Source: Octopus bimaculoides (Eukaryota). Taken from it: a stretch of DNA of 51,003 nucleotides. The position numbers were made by a program, and so were the translations under genes. The notes under the pieces are model-generated. The model ran no database searches and was not told the DNA's origin. It saw nothing but the letters and a program-made list of their open reading frames with translations. Location of the stretch: positions 3,790,176 to 3,841,178 of the forward strand of contig NC_069003.1 of the NCBI RefSeq assembly GCF_001194135.2. The letters run 5' to 3'. Below, one piece after another: positions 36,586 through 49,959 of the stretch; the stretch's first letter is position 1, and each line of letters opens with the position of its first letter.

Positions 36586-36590
<5 letters not shown>
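36559..36590 (+). mobile_element. Helitron-like 3' terminus (GC hairpin plus CTAG|T)
   Basis: CCGGGC-TAC-GCCAGG stem (one mismatch) lies 8 nt upstream of CTAG followed by T, matching the canonical Helitron 3' signature. The 5' end was not identified. Confidence 0.45.
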
Positions 36591-36654
<64 letters not shown>

Positions 36655-38138
36655 CCATGTGTGTGTATGTGTGTTGCGTGTGCATGTATTTATTTATATG
36701 TGCATGTATGTATGGCTGTATGTATCTATGCATTCATAGAGGGTGTTTGATAAAAGTAAATCATCGCACAATCAACTTGCTCCGATGCAGAGCGAAGCGA
36801 CGATGACACGTCAACAAAGCAAAATTTGTTCACGTTCATCTTGCAAACAGCTCGGAGTGAAAACAAACAGATAATAATGTCGTACAACAGGTTATCTATT
36901 ATGATAATCACTAGAGTTATAAAAAGGAAAACAAAAAATATTCAATACATTCAGAGCCCCATTAAATCAGTTGACAACAGCAGCGCAACATAATGGAAAT
37001 ATCTGGATGAATCTCTATCATTCAAGGAGCGGAGATACCAGGTTTACATAAAATGCAGTATTTATGCTATTTACATATACGGTATCACGGCGTTGTATAT
37101 CTCTGTGAATTTAACGTAATTATCGAGGTTATTGATAGCTCGGCAAAATATAACATGAGATATGTTTTTGATGTTGCCGTTCACTTTCCTTTTATTATGT
37201 TGTACACGCTGTTATTCTCATCTGAACATTTATCGATGTTTGATGCGATAACACGATTATTGCAGTTGCAATGTCGAGAGTGACTGTGACAAGGGATCGC
37301 ATATGCAACATGCGTACAATTGCAACCATAAGATAGGTTTTTTGTTCGGATTCAGTGCACCGTTGAACATCGCACCTGTTTTTTGCCGATATGCACCAGG
37401 GAAATTGATATAGAATAATATGCATGATTCTTCACATGTCTATATGCATGTAGGAATACATTCACACCGAAGCATATCCATATATATTGATAGAAATAGC
37501 ATGACAACAAAAGAATAAAAGAGACCTTGATATTATGTAAATAGAGGAATTTATCTGTTAATATAATATGTGACGATTACATGGTAGCCATGATAAAACT
37601 CCAAGTTTCGGATGTCGGGCCATCGAAAATAAATAGATAAATAGATAGATACATAAATAGCTAGATAGAAACATAGATAGATAGTTAGTTTTAGGCATTA
37701 CGTCAAGGCATATATATTTTTTTTTTGTATGCGCGTGTGTGTGTGTGGGGGGGGGGGGGGGTTAACTGCTAGTTTATTACATTGCAAATTCCAATTAAAA
37801 TAAGCTCCGAGCAATATGAATCATACTGATATCATATTAAATTAAGCTTGAATTATATTAAAAGCTAACTCAGAACAAATTAAAATACTAGAAATCTAGA
37901 CAAACCGTAGTTGATGATTATAATTTGTATGACTGTTCATTATACTGCTTATTCCTGAGCCGGATTTTGGAAGTTGAGATTCCATCGAAAGGAACGACAG
38001 TTTGTCTCAATCAATAGGGTAGGGTAGGGTAGGGTATTTTGCGTACTGTTTCAGTCATCACAGCGAGGGAAGCTATTACGGAAATGTGTACTTTAAAATT
38101 GGATGCCTGTATTGTCGACCACTGAACGAGTTGAGAGT

Positions 38139-38359
38139 AATCCTTTTCTACTCTAGGCGCAAGGCCCGAAATTTTGGGGGAGATGGGGGGCCAGTCGATT
38201 AGATCGACTCCATTTACGCAACTGGTACTTAATTTATCGACCCCGAAAGGATGAAAAGCAAAGTCGACTTCGGCGGAATTTGATCTCGGAACTTAAAAAC
38301 AGACGAAATACCGCGAAGCATTTCGCCCGGTGTGCTAACGATTCTGCCAGCTCGCCACC
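38139..38359 (-). mobile_element. SINE family A, full-length
   Basis: Antisense head GGTGGCGAGCTGGCAGAATCGTTAGCACACCGGGCGAAATGC and core GTCGACTTTGCTTTTCATCCTTTCGGGGTCGATAAATTAAGTACCAG. Confidence 0.92.
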
Positions 38360-38385
38360 TGAGATGATAGTCATTCGTAGTCCCC

Positions 38386-38426
38386 TCCCCCAAAATTTCG
38401 GGCCTGGTGCCTAGAGCAGAAAGGAA
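38386..38426 (+). mobile_element. SINE family A 3' tail fragment, inverted relative to 38139-38181
   Basis: CCCCAAAATTTCGGGCCTGGTGCCTAGAGCAGAAAGGAAT is the reverse complement of the 38139-38181 tail with a few mismatches. Confidence 0.8.
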
Positions 38427-38547
38427 TATTGTTCACTTGGAATTGAATAATTACCAAACATTTAATATGCCCCGAGATTATTATGATTTTTTAAAATTCT
38501 GTTTCGAGAAATTTAAAAATTTCCTTCGTATTTTACTTTTTATATTT

Positions 38548-38960
38548 TTTATCTTTCATTTGTTTTAATCAGTGACTGCGGCAATGCTGGGCCGCTGTCT
38601 CGAAGGGCTTTAATCGAAAGAATCGACGCCACTAGTTATAATTTTTGAGAAGTTTCATACTTATTGTATTAGTGACTTTTCTCGAACCGCTAGATTTTGA
38701 GAACGTAGAAACACCAAAACCGTTTGTCGAGCGATGCTGGTTGGGAGTGAAAAACAGACACAAATATACACACACACATATGAACGCCCACACAAACAAA
38801 CTAACGTATGAGCACTAAAACATAAGACTGGTTTCTTTTCGACTCCGTCCATCAAATTCACTGACAAAGCCTTGGCGGTCTGAGGCAATATTAATAGATA
38901 CTCGCCCAAGGTGCCATGCGCTGGGACTGAACCCAGAAGCATCTAGGCGGAAAACAAATT
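38548..38960 (-). mobile_element. SINE family B, near full-length, diverged
   Basis: Contains TCAGT.ACTGCGGC.ATGCTGG, GAACCGCTA and TTGTCGAGCGATG (3' arm), and GCCCAAGGTGCCATGCGCTGGGACTGAACCC (5' arm), all antisense. Confidence 0.85.
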
Positions 38961-39019
38961 AATCCGAGTTTAAATTAAATTGCTTTATGTTGGTGTTAAT
39001 TTGCTACAAGATACATGGA

Positions 39020-39455
39020 GATACATAGAGAGAGAGAGAGAGTGAGAGAGAAAGTGAGAGAGAGAGTGAGAGTGTGTGACAGACAGATAGAGAGTGAGAG
39101 AGGGAGAAATCGAGAGAGATAATCAGAGAGGGGGATAAAGAGAGAGGGGAAAGAAAGAAAGAATGAGAAAAAGGAAGAGAGAGAAAAAAGAAGAGAGCGA
39201 AAAGGAAAGGGAGAAAAAAAGCATATATATAGAGAGAGAGAGATCAGAGACAGAGACAGAGAGAGAGAAAGATCAAAGACAGAAAGAGAGGGAGAGAGAG
39301 ATCAGAGACAGAAAGAGAGGGAGAGAGAGATCAGAGACAGAAAGAGAGGGAGAGAGAGATCAGAGACAGAGAGAGATCAGAAGCAGAGAGAGAGACAGAG
39401 ATCAGAGACAGAGAGAGAGATCAGAGAGATAGAGAGAAAGAGGCAGAGACAGAGA
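39020..39455. repeat. (GA)n tract with an embedded ~30-bp minisatellite (GAGAGAGATCAGAGACAGAAAGAGAGG)
   Basis: Directly visible; repeated GATCAGAGACAG motifs. Confidence 0.88.
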
Positions 39456-40039
39456 AAGACGTAGTCTTAAAGTTCCAAGTTGAAAATTTAAATTTTTGAA
39501 CCAAAAGCGCCGCTTTGCTTCTATGCTTTATTATCGTACTGTCATCTTCCAATACGACTCGTCTTTCGTATAGGATGCTGCTCTATTTCACACCTTATAA
39601 TTCAGATGTGTTTTATTTCTACTCGAAGAGGTAAACCAGAAACAAGAAAGAAACATAAGTGACATGTGATTCCGTGTTTTCTAATATATATCTTCGTGAC
39701 CGTGGGTGAGTGACTGTGTGTTCAATGGGTGTTTGCTATTTTGTGTTTCTTTTTAAATGAATATATCATTTTCTATAATGTTTTATTTGTGTTTAGAGTT
39801 GCGAACCTCTGTGTAAAACGTATTTGGAAAATGAAGAATCGTAAAGAGAAAAAAAAAACGGAAGGTTTTCAATTTTTTTCCGTTTAATTATCAAGAGACA
39901 TTAATAAACACAATAAATTAAATTTGATATCGTGGTACATAAACAAGCGCACATACGTATTGAGAAAAGGATAGATACGCATATGGAGTATATAAAAACA
40001 CCGCGAAAAACACAAATAAGCACGCAAATATACATATGT

Positions 40040-40076
<37 letters not shown>

Positions 40077-41712
40077 NNNNNNNNNNNNNNNNNNNNNNNN
40101 NNNNNNNNNNNNNNNNNNNNNNNNNNNNNNNNNNNNNNNNNNNNNNNNNNNNNNNNNNNNNNNNNNNNNNNNNNNNNNNNNNNNNNNNNNNNNNNNNNNN
40201 NNNNNNNNNNNNNNNNNNNNNNNNNNNNNNNNNNNNNNNNNNNNNNNNNNNNNNNNNNNNNNNNNNNNNNNNNNNNNNNNNNNNNNNNNNNNNNNNNNNN
40301 NNNNNNNNNNNNNNNNNNNNNNNNNNNNNNNNNNNNNNNNNNNNNNNNNNNNNNNNNNNNNNNNNNNNNNNNNNNNNNNNNNNNNNNNNNNNNNNNNNNN
40401 NNNNNNNNNNNNNNNNNNNNNNNNNNNNNNNNNNNNNNNNNNNNNNNNNNNNNNNNNNNNNNNNNNNNNNNNNNNNNNNNNNNNNNNNNNNNNNNNNNNN
40501 NNNNNNNNNNNNNNNNNNNNNNNNNNNNNNNNNNNNNNNNNNNNNNNNNNNNNNNNNNNNNNNNNNNNNNNNNNNNNNNNNNNNNNNNNNNNNNNNNNNN
40601 NNNNNNNNNNNNNNNNNNNNNNNNNNNNNNNNNNNNNNNNNNNNNNNNNNNNNNNNNNNNNNNNNNNNNNNNNNNNNNNNNNNNNNNNNNNNNNNNNNNN
40701 NNNATATATATATATATACATATAAGTAGTGTTACACAGAAGGTGACAGAGAGACACGCACAGAGGGACAGGGTGAAACAAATTGTGGTTGAACCACACA
40801 GTAGGGGGGAATAAAGTCGTGCTGGTATAAATAAATGACTGCTTCTTACAATGTTGCCACAACATCAATAATAACAAATAAAAGTACAGCATTAACAAGA
40901 AGAAAAATAAAAAATTTTAATACATTAAGTAAAAACCAAATACGTAGTGTGTAAAATCAGAAAAAGAAAAGTGCAAACATTTTAAAATAAATTAAAAATA
41001 AAATGAGAAATATAAAAAAATATACTGAATAAATAAAGATAAAAACATTTAAAATTTAGCAAGAAAAATCAATTAAAATCTAGAATATTAAAGTCAACGC
41101 GAATAAGAGCAGATAGCCTATGGCAGTTTTGGTGAGAGCAATTTTATTTTGATTTAAATTAATTGGCATTTTCTGATATTTACCATTATTTTAACAGTGA
41201 AGTTTTATACAGTATTAACTTTTTCGATTGCGCATATGCTTTTGTTATTGTTGCTGTTTTTTGTTGTTAGTGTTGTTGGTGCTGTTGTTGGTGTTTTGTT
41301 TCGATTTAGCTTATTTTCAGACTGGCATTATTCTCCTGATATTCTCAGTGCTTCGTTTTCGTTGTTTATGTTGTTGACGTTGGAGATTTTGTGTCTGGTT
41401 TTTTTTTTTTGTATTTTTTTTTTCCTGATCGTCTTGTGTTGATGTTGTTTGTTCTTCAGTGGTACCTGATAATGGTAATGAAGTGCAGATAGTGGAGGAG
41501 GGTACTCGAAGTCGTATTTTTTTTTCATGTTCTGCTTACTGTTGTTGTTGATGATGTGCTGAAGACTATTACAGTTTTCGATGCTATTTGCTGCAAACAT
41601 TTCTTTTTGTAGTTCTTGCGGTATTTTTATTGACGCCGCTTCTCGTTATTTGTCTCCCTCTCTCTCTGTATCTCCGTATATGTACCTATGTATATATATG
41701 GATATATATGTG

Positions 41713-41763
<51 letters not shown>

Positions 41764-42214
41764 ATGAATACGTAGGAGTGAGAGTGTATATGTATGTACA
41801 AGTATACACAACAAGCATAAGTGTGTGTTGTATGTCATATGTCAATATATGATCTATACATACATAGATGCATACATATGTGTGTATACATGTATATATA
41901 TATATATACACACACACATATATATATATACACACACNNNNNNNNNNTGATAGTAATAAAAGGATTCAAAATAACGAAAAGCACACCCACGCCCACATTG
42001 AAATTATAATCACAACAACAGCAACAACAACGACAATACAACAATACAAAACAACGAAATTCATATCAACAGAAGTGACAGCAGCAGCAGCCGCAGCAGC
42101 AACTGCTGCCGTAATACTAGAGCTGTAAGATGACTATTCTTCTAGAATTATCAGGAACAACCAAAGCATTGCAATAATGATCAGAGAAAATAGCTGCGTC
42201 AGCTAAAATAATTG

Positions 42215-42278
<64 letters not shown>

Positions 42279-42874
42279 GATAACGGCATCAACAATAATA
42301 ATAACAAGCAGAACAATGGAAGTAATGCTATGTATGAAGCGTAATAATTTGAAATAGTTTGCAGTTAAAATTTGAGCAACAGGTGGAATTACTGTAAGNN
42401 NNNNNNNNNNNNNNNNNNNNNNNNNNNNNNNNNNNNNNNNNNNNNNNNNNNNNNNNNNNNNNNNNNNNNNNNNNNNNNNNNNNNNNNNNNNNNNNNNNNN
42501 NNNNNNNNNNNNNNNNNNNNNNNNNNNNNNNNNNNNNNNNNNNNNNNNNNNNNNNNNNNNNNNNNNNNNNNNNNNNNNNNNNNNNNNNNNNNNNNNNNNN
42601 NNNNNNNNNNNNNNNNNNNNNNNNNNNNNNNNNNNNNNNNNNNNNNNNNNNNNNNNNNNNNNNNNNNNNNNNNNNNNNNNNNNNNNNNNNNNNNNNNNNN
42701 NNNNNNNNNNNNNNNNNNNNNNNNNNNNNNNNNNNNNNNNNNNNNNNNNNNNNNNNNNNNNNNNNNNNNNNNNNNNNNNNNNNNNNNNNNNNNNNNNNNN
42801 NNNNNNNNNNNNNNNNNNNNNNNNNNNNNNNNNNNNNNNNNNNNNNNNNNNNNNNNNNNNNNNNNNNNNNATAC

Positions 42875-42913
<39 letters not shown>

Positions 42914-43074
42914 AAGTACAAGTAGGAGTTGACGGATGGAATAAATCTGTCTGGAGACATGAATTTAATTTGGATGCGTGGACGTTTGTTATGAGAGGAA
43001 ATAAGAACATTATGTATCATTAGGTACCGTTAGCCTTGGAAATAAATGTAAGGATACCTCTCACTCTCTCTATC

Positions 43075-43114
<40 letters not shown>

Positions 43115-44358
43115 ATGATGTAATGCTACACATATATAGAAAGAGATAGAGAGACGGAGAGAGAGAAAGAGAGAAAGACATATTTACATATATGCATATG
43201 TGTGTGTGTGTGTGTGTGTACGTGTGCGTGGGGGAGAGAGAGAGTTGCGTATTTTATGATATTGCAGATGATAGGATATCTGGCATTACAAGTTATACAG
43301 ATATTCAGTTCCAGCAAGCGGATATTTTTCATGCTACGACGGAGTACAATTATAAGAGGCATGTTTGTATATACGTAATCATGTATATTTATGTGCAAAT
43401 GTATGTATATATATATATATATATATACACGTATATATACAATTGTGTATACCTACACGTATTAACACAATCAAACGTATACTCATGCATATTTGCATAC
43501 ATGGTTACTCAGTTCTATATGTGAATATGCATATAAATCTATGTATGCATGCATACCTTTATGAACGTATACAGATACATAATTACGCGCGTGTGTATTT
43601 GTGATCGTACACAAATTCGAGAACTTATATTTGTTTGGGAATATCACCAAAAACCTTGCTACATCATGTTTTTGTTTTCCTCATACTTTGAATCTGTTGC
43701 ATTATCGCACTGCATGTTTTGTCTCTTTGTGTTTTCAAACTAATTTAACCTCCGCTTGCTTTTTTTTTTTTTTTTGTCTCGAAGACCCTTCTTTTACATC
43801 AACATCCTTAATGCCATTGAATTTCCTATCCCAGTTGCTAAGACTCCATCATTTGTTTTAGCAGGTTTTGTACCTAGTATCTACTGGCAACAAAATTGCC
43901 AGAACCATTAATAAGACAGCTACCGAAGATTAAATATTCTTTTTTTCTATTTCAGGGTGTGTGTGTGCGCATTACGTGGTTAAATTGTTTGTGTCGAATA
44001 TATTCTTCCAATTAGTAAATAAGAACTTCTTCTAATGGCGTTTAAATCTAACTGATTATAGATTTCCCGAAAGACATTCAGTGTGATGTTATTTTTCTAA
44101 ATGATTTGACTTTCTCAATTAAATCAAGGCTTATTATTATTGCGTATCCAAATATCTCTCTTCTCCTTATTTATATATCATTTCGCATCAAACCTGTTCT
44201 GATGCACACACAGTTAGATAAATATATATTTCTATACATATATGCATATACATGCATATGCATGTATATCTATATCTATCTATATATATATATATAAACA
44301 TATGTATATATATATATATATGTGTATATATATGCATATGAATATTTATATGTGTATA

Positions 44359-44440
<82 letters not shown>

Positions 44441-45164
44441 TAAACTTATATATAGATAAAGGGATGCGTTTGTGTTTTTGACAAACAACAAACACGTGTA
44501 ACAGGATCTATTGTCTTTTTCTCAATTTTATGTTATTTATTTATTCTTTTGTGTCCCCAAATATTTATCGCACGCTTTCATGGAATTTTTTGTCTATGCA
44601 CTACAATTCCCTAATTAGTGAAGGCCTTTTAATCTTTAGGGATCTTTGTTCTTCAGATGGTGCAGTTATTCCACAGTCTTACATAAACATTGTGAATTAT
44701 ACTTTAGTTTGTACGGAAACGTTTTCACCCACAAACACAAACGCACATACATTCGTATATTTACACACGAACACACAATATCAAATGCATGTTTATCAGT
44801 AACTACATCTACACAAAGAAAAAATAACATCAAATATGATATAAAAGACATCATACGCAGTAACACCAACAAAACACAACAGGAACGAGGCTAATAACAA
44901 TCATGTCAACAAGAATAACCTGATGGGTTTCAATAATAACTGCATAAAAATAAGAACAACACTGACAGTACAATAACAACAAGAATAAGAATAGATATGA
45001 GAGAACCACAGTTGATGATCTCAAAATTGTTGAAGAAGTCACGAGGTGTGATAACAAAGACATCCTGAAAACAATAGTAGTAGTAGTATAACAATAATAA
45101 TAACAACCATAACAACAAAAGTAATAACTTCAAAATCAACAACGGGTATAATGATGTCATATAT

Positions 45165-45332
45165 GCCGTGGCTAAGTAGTAAGACGCCTGCTTCCCAGCC
45201 TCATGGTTCCGGGTTCAGTCCCATTGCGTAGCACCCGCTTTGCGGCGGTATGTTTTATTGTTGCCCCAGGCCGACCAAAGCCTTGTGAGTGGATTTGGTA
45301 GACGGAAACAGAAACACATCGTGTGTATATAT

Positions 45333-45406
<74 letters not shown>

Positions 45407-45857
45407 TATCTAGAACCCCATTTTATACACTGGAGCGAAGACATGTTACGATAAAGATAGAGACATTTGAAAAGACAACACGAAACCGGTTATTTCTCCA
45501 AATACAATGTTTCTATACCCAAAATTTCATAACATTTTTCTGACATAACAATTTAAATGTATACTTTAACCATGAAACACAAGGCTTTTGTAGTTTTTTT
45601 CACTCTTGTTTATCTTATATATATATTTGTGTGTGTGTGCATATGTGTGTGTATGTGTCTGCGCTCACACCATCGCTTGACAACCGATGTTGCTGTGTCT
45701 ACATCCCTGTAACTTAGCGGTTCGGCAAAAGTGTCAGATAGAATAAGTACCAGGCTTGCAAAAAATAAGTTCTGGGGTCGATTTGTTCGACTAATGGTGG
45801 TGCTCCAGCATAGCCGCAGTCATATTACTGAAACTACTAATAAAATGAAAGAATAAG
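45165..45857 (+). mobile_element. SINE family B whose 5' arm (45165-45325) and 3' arm (about 45660-45857) are separated by (TA)n and about 210 bp of unrelated DNA
   Basis: Both arms match the contiguous copy at 31373-31786. Confidence 0.8.
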
Positions 45858-46734
45858 AAAATAATAATAATAATAATAATAACAACAGCAACAACTCCAA
45901 TAGATAAGAAATTGAAGGTTATTAATGGCGAAAAGTATAGCAGCAACAAGGAAAATACCAATGCTCTTCTATAACAACAAAAAGTTGTAAGAATAGACTA
46001 ATGGTCGGCAATAGCTTAGACAAGTGTAGCGCTAATAGGAGGAAGGACAGTAACAACAGTATTGACATGACCATCACTAACAAAGACAATCACAGCAAGC
46101 ACAACGGTTGTGTTGACAACAGCAGCGACACAATGTTAATAGCAAGATTTAGAGGGGGAGGAACTAATTTTGAATATTGGCAGGAAAAACTGAAAGGTAA
46201 GAGCGAAAATGAGAGAAGAAACGAATGAGTTCAGTTGTAGCGGTAACAAAAGACAGGAACGAATGCGATAAGTGGGAGAAGAAGTGAGGAGGATGAAAGA
46301 GTAAGAGAAAAACAGAAAGGAGAGAAAGAAGAAAGGAAAGAGTAAGAATGGGAATGCCAATAGTAGATGCAACTCTAGCAATATCAACAACAACGACAAG
46401 AAGAACGAGACGGGAACCAGCGCCACCACCAACAACAACAACAACAATATGAATATCAAGAAAATTGTACGGAAAATAACGGTGGCAATTTCACAAAATT
46501 GGGAATAAAAAAACAGCAACAAATAAAATATACGAGAGCGCCTATAGCGAAAAAGAACAAAGAAACAAAGAGCAGTATGAAAAACAAAAACAACGAGGAG
46601 AAGAACAAAGAACAACAGAACCAACAACAACGTCAACATCATTATCAACAACAGTAATAACGATGCTAACAATAGTGTTAACTTAGCGGCACCAACAATA
46701 GCCAGAAAAAAATGTGATAAGTACAACAGAAACA

Positions 46735-47060
46735 TGATGATGGTGGTGGTGGTGATGATGGTGGTGATGATGATGGTGGTGGTAGTGGTGGTGATGATGG
46801 TGGTGGTGGTGGTGGTGATGATGGTGGTGGTGATGATATGATGCTGATGATGATGATGGCGGTGGTGGTGGTGGTGGTGGTGGTGTTGATGGTGATGATG
46901 GCGGTTGTGGCGGTGGTGATGATGATGATGTCGGTGGTGGTTGTGGTGGTGATGGTGATGATGGTGGTGGTGATGGTGGTGATGATGATGATGGTGGTGA
47001 TGGTGATGGTGATGATGATGATGATGATCAACAACAACAGCAATAACAACAACAACAACA
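46735..47060. repeat. (GGT)n/(GAT)n/(AAC)n trinucleotide tract
   Basis: Directly visible. Confidence 0.92.
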
Positions 47061-48607
47061 GAAGCCTCAACATGAGTAGTAGGAACGTAAATAAAGATAA
47101 TAACATCGGAAACCCTATCGCCAACGGGGGGAAGTCAGAGCGACAACAGCAAAAGCAGGGACAAATTTACAGAACAATGAAGGGTGGTGGGAGGTAACTA
47201 TAACAATTTCAAATAACAAGATCGGTAACGCCACCATCATCATCATCAACAACAAGAAACAACGAGCTTGTGCAGAGAAATTAAATAAAAAACAGAAACA
47301 TGTCAACAAGAACAAAAATATCGACAACAAGAATGAAACAAAAACAAACACAAACACAGAAACAATGAAACTATAAAACAAGAAGAAAAGGCAAATGTGT
47401 AACATGGAGGAACCGGAAGAAACGTTCATGTAACAATGTTTACAGTAACACAACAACCACGATGGCGATATTAACAACAACCACAACAAGAAATACAACA
47501 TCAACAACAGGAAAACATCCAGAAATTTATTAATAACAGCTTGAGCAAAAGAAATGGTGAGGGGGGGATAAAGCGTAACAACAGCGATGCGGGCGGCAAA
47601 AATTATGACATCAGAATGGAGGCGGCAAGGGAACCCAAAACAGCCATTATTATTGCCGCCATTTTGTAAGTACTCAACATCAACGTCTTCACTGTCGTCA
47701 TAAGCAGCATCGTCATGGTTGTCGTCATCATGGGCAACACCATCGTCGTCGTCATCATCATGGGCAACACCATCGTCGTCGTCATCATCATCATCATCAT
47801 CATCACCGTCATCGACATCATCATCATCATCTATCTATCAATATACATATATACAGATATACATATGTATATATATATATATATTTATGTATATATGTAT
47901 ATATATNNNNNNNNNNNNNNNNNNNNNNNNNNNNNNNNNNNNNNNNNNNNNNNNNNNNNNNNNNNNNNNNNNNNNNNNNNNNNNNNNNNNNNNNNNNNNN
48001 NNNNNNNNNNNNNNNNNNNNNNNNNNNNNNNNNNNNNNNNNNNNNNNNNNNNNNNNNNNNNNNNNNNNNNNNNNNNNNNNNNNNNNNNNNNNNNNNNNNN
48101 NNNNNNNNNNNNNNNNNNNNNNNNNNNNNNNNNNNNNNNNNNNNNNNNNNNNNNNNNNNNNNNNNNNNNNNNNNNNNNNNNNNNNNNNNNNNNNNNNNNN
48201 NNNNNNNNNNNNNNNNNNNNNNNNNNNNNNNNNNNNNNNNNNNNNNNNNNNNNNNNNNNNNNNNNNNNNNNNNNNNNNNNNNNNNNNNNNNNNNNNNNNN
48301 NNNNNNNNNNNNNNNNNNNNNNNNNNNNNNNNNNNNNNNNNNNNNNNNNNNNNNNNNNNNNNNNNNNNNNNNNNNNNNNNNNNNNNNNNNNNNNNNNNNN
48401 NNNNNNNNNNNNNNNNNNNNNNNNNNNNNNNNNNNNNNNNNNNNNNNNNNNNNNNNNNNNNNNNNNNNNNNNNNNNNNNNNNNNNNNNNNNNNNNNNNNN
48501 NNNNNNNNNNNNNNNNNNNNNNNNNNNNNNNNNNNNNNNNNNNNNNNNNNNNNNNNNNNNNNNNNNNNNNNNNNNCTTTGTTTCCTTCCTTACAAAATGG
48601 CTGATAT

Positions 48608-48688
48608 TTAGCAAGGTGAGACACACATAAGAAGGAAGGAAACAAAGGACCACTGATGAGGTCACAGAAGTGTGACGAAAGAACTCTG
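48608..48688 (+). repeat. 81-bp hammerhead-containing segment, copy 1 (80/81 identical to 50923-51003)
   Basis: Direct comparison; the single difference is AAGGAAGG versus AAAGAAGG; offset 2315 bp. Confidence 0.95.
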
Positions 48689-48689
48689 G
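48650..48689 (+). ncRNA. Minimal type I hammerhead motif, intact core
   Basis: CCA-CUGAUGA-G-GUCACA(GAAG)UGUGAC-GAA-AG(AA)CU-C-UGG. Helix II is a perfect 6 bp, helix III is 2 bp, helix I is 3 bp, and the CUC cleavage site falls after 48686. Confidence 0.75.
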
Positions 48690-48803
48690 CCGAAATAAGA
48701 TTAAGATTAATGTAATATAAAGCTAAAGCAAATTAACACCAAATATACAGTGCGTGTGTTTTTATTGGCTAAACTGGCAATATGACTATCCCCAAGTACA
48801 ACA

Positions 48804-48835
<32 letters not shown>

Positions 48836-48959
48836 ATAGAGAGAGAGAGAGGTATGTATACATATATATTCAATTTCTTTTCACCAGTTTGTTACTATAT
48901 ATATATAATTTTAAAATAGGATAATAAGTTTATAAGAATTTATCAAGTAGTCAGCGTGA

Positions 48960-49088
48960 AAATCGACCCCAGAACTTATTCTTTGTAAGCCTTATACTTA
49001 TTTCATCGGTCTCTTTTTCCGAACCGCTAGGTGAAGTTGACGTAAACATAGCAACATCGGTTGTCAATTGAAGGTGGGGGCAAAAACA
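48960..49088 (-). mobile_element. SINE family B 3'-arm fragment
   Basis: ATCGACCCCAGAACTTATTCTTTGTAAGCC...CGGTCTCTTTTTCCGAACCGCTAG...CATCGGTTGTCAA, antisense. Confidence 0.85.
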
Positions 49089-49131
49089 ACGACAAGTAAT
49101 GAATAATACATGTTTGTGTTTCGCACCCCAG

Positions 49132-49250
49132 TATAGCTTGACCGAGGCTTACAATGAATGCGTCCTGGGGTCGACTTTTTCGACTAAAGGCTGTGCTCCA
49201 GAATGGACGCAGTCAAAGGACTGAAACTAATGAAATTTTAAAAAGTAAAT
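49132..49250 (+). mobile_element. SINE family B 3'-arm fragment
   Basis: AGGCTTACAATGAATGCGTCCTGGGGTCGAC...CGACTAAAGGC.GTGCTCCAG.ATGG.CGCAGTCAAA.GACTGAAAC. Confidence 0.8.
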
Positions 49251-49959
49251 AAATAAGTATAAATATATAAATGAATAAATAAAAAAATAAAGGCTTCCAT
49301 AACGAAAATAACAGCAACAAAAACCTACAGGGCGGCAATCCTCGAAGTTGTTGCCGTAATATCAACAAAATCGCATGTAAACCTGGAGACAGGAATGAAC
49401 AACAACGACAATAACATCAGTGTCAACAACAAAAGCCACGAGCAACATGTTCAGCAAGAATAACCAGTAATAATATCAAACATAACACGGGAATAACAGC
49501 ACACTAGAGCAGAGAAAAAGAGAAGAAGAATAAAGAGAAATATGGACTCAAGTTGACAACAAAGGTTTCGTGAATTGTGTAAAGATAAAAACAAACAAAA
49601 ACACGGCAATATGAACATCATCATCATCAACAACGGTAATAGTAATATTTATAATCATAATGATGATGATGCTGATGATAATAACAACAACAACATTAAT
49701 GATAATAATAATAATGATAGTAATAATGATAATACAAGAATAAGAAAGTTTAACGTAACAATGGAAGACTAAAATGGCGGAAAAGAAGAAGAACAACAAC
49801 AACAACAATAACATCAATAGCAAAAATAACCACTATAGCAACATTAACAACAACAGCAACAGTGATATCGAGGGAAATAAAGACAAGGAATTATATTGCA
49901 GAAAAAGAAGAGAGGGTAAGAGAGAAGTAAAGCAATAAATGCCAACAGGAATTTGTATA

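Larger units (their letters stand above)
879..48575. other. Assembly gaps (N runs) at 879-888, 3791-3800, 8855-8900, 14417-14646, 16144-16655, 21693-22594, 34739-34848, 40077-40703, 41938-41947, 42399-42870 and 47907-48575
   Basis: Directly visible; most abut (TA)n or (CA)n tracts. The span is a list of separate gaps, not one feature. Confidence 0.97.

Noticed and set aside
14188-48665. ORFs of 200-330 aa containing long X runs
   Set aside because: Their length comes from reading through N gaps.
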